Source: Tubiluchus corallicola
Lineage: Eukaryota > Animalia > Priapulida
DNA length: 20,666 nucleotides
Reading direction: 5' to 3'
NCBI GenBank assembly: GCA_030141605.1
Contig: JAQGDQ010002370.1
Span: forward strand, 1-20,666
How positions within the stretch are numbered: the stretch's first letter is position 1; the number at the start of each line of letters is the position of its first letter. Below the pieces are notes generated by a model. It was not told the origin of the DNA. It made no database searches and saw nothing but the letters and a program-made list of their open reading frames with translations. Both the position numbers and the translations under genes were made by a program. Below are positions 19,902 to 20,666 of this stretch, piece after piece.

Positions 19902-20666
19902 GTGAGAAAGTTAAAGTGATTGTTTCGGGCTTCACTAGATGGTGAGATAGTTAAAGTGATTGTTTCTGGCTTCACTAGAAGGTGAGAAAGTTAAAGTGAT
20001 TGTTTCTGGCTTCACTAGAAGGTGAGATAGTTAAAAGGTGATTGTCTCTGGCTTCACTAGAAGGCGAGAAAGTTAAAGTGTTTGTTTCTGGCTTCACTTG
20101 AAGGCAAGATAGTTAAAGTGATTGTTTCTGGCTTCACTAGAAGGTGAGATGGTTAAAGTGGTTGTTTCTGGCTTCACTAGAAGGTGAGATGGTTAAAGTG
20201 ATTGTTTCTGGCTTCACCAGAAGGTGAGATAGTTAAAGTGATTGTTTCTGGCTTCACTAGAATGTGAGATAGTTAAAAGGTGATTGTTTCTGGCTTCACT
20301 AGAAGGCGAGAAAGTTAAAGTGATTGTTTCTGACTTCACTAGACGGTGAGATAGTTAAAGTGATTGTTTCTGGCTTCACTAGAAGGTGAGATAGTTAAAG
20401 TGATTGTTTTTGGCTTCACTAGAAGGTGAGATAGTTAAAGTGATTGTTTCTCGCTTCACTAGAACGTGAGAAAGTTAAAGTGATTGTTTCTGGCTTCACT
20501 AGAAGGTGAGATAGTTAAAAGGTGATTGTTTCTGGCTTCACTAGAAGGCGAGAAAGTTAAAGTGATTGTTTCTGGCTTCACTTGAAGGTGAGATAGTTAA
20601 AGTGATTGTTTCTGGCTTCACTAGAAGGTGAGATGGTTAAAGTGGTTGTTTCTGGCTTCACTAGAA
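19896..20666. repeat. Minisatellite, 40-bp unit (some 42), about 19 copies, spanning the probable exon W donor and running off the window end
   Basis: TAGAAGGTGAGAWAGTTAAAGTGATTGTTTCTGGCTTCAC at 19896, 19936, 19976 and onward. Confidence 0.97.

Noticed and set aside
19896-20666. Regular arrays (also 7864-8130 and 10638-10945) as CRISPR arrays
   Set aside because: Units are head-to-tail with no unique spacers, there are no cas genes, and the context is a spliced eukaryotic gene.

Overview
Eukaryotic (invertebrate animal) genomic DNA, AT-rich. The whole window lies inside one + strand gene encoding phospholipase C epsilon (PLCE1/plc-1 orthologue). I traced 23 exons (352..19901) whose splice phases all join into one open frame of 3706 nt (about 1235 aa). 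They cover the EF-hand region, catalytic X box, acidic X-Y linker, Y box, C2, RA1 and RA2; the N-terminus, and probably the C-terminus, lie outside the window. Of the 22 introns between these exons, 21 are GT-AG. One (8868..10490) is a minor-spliceosome U12-type AT-AC intron splitting the catalytic Y domain. The introns hold non-autonomous DNA transposons: three copies of a TTAA-flanked Kolobok-like MITE, one hAT-like MITE with an 8-bp TSD and two TA-flanked Tc1/pogo-like MITEs. They also hold minisatellites, two of which straddle exon/intron boundaries and multiply the 5' splice site. There are no prokaryotic features or CRISPR arrays. Most ORF-track entries are exon read-throughs or spurious.
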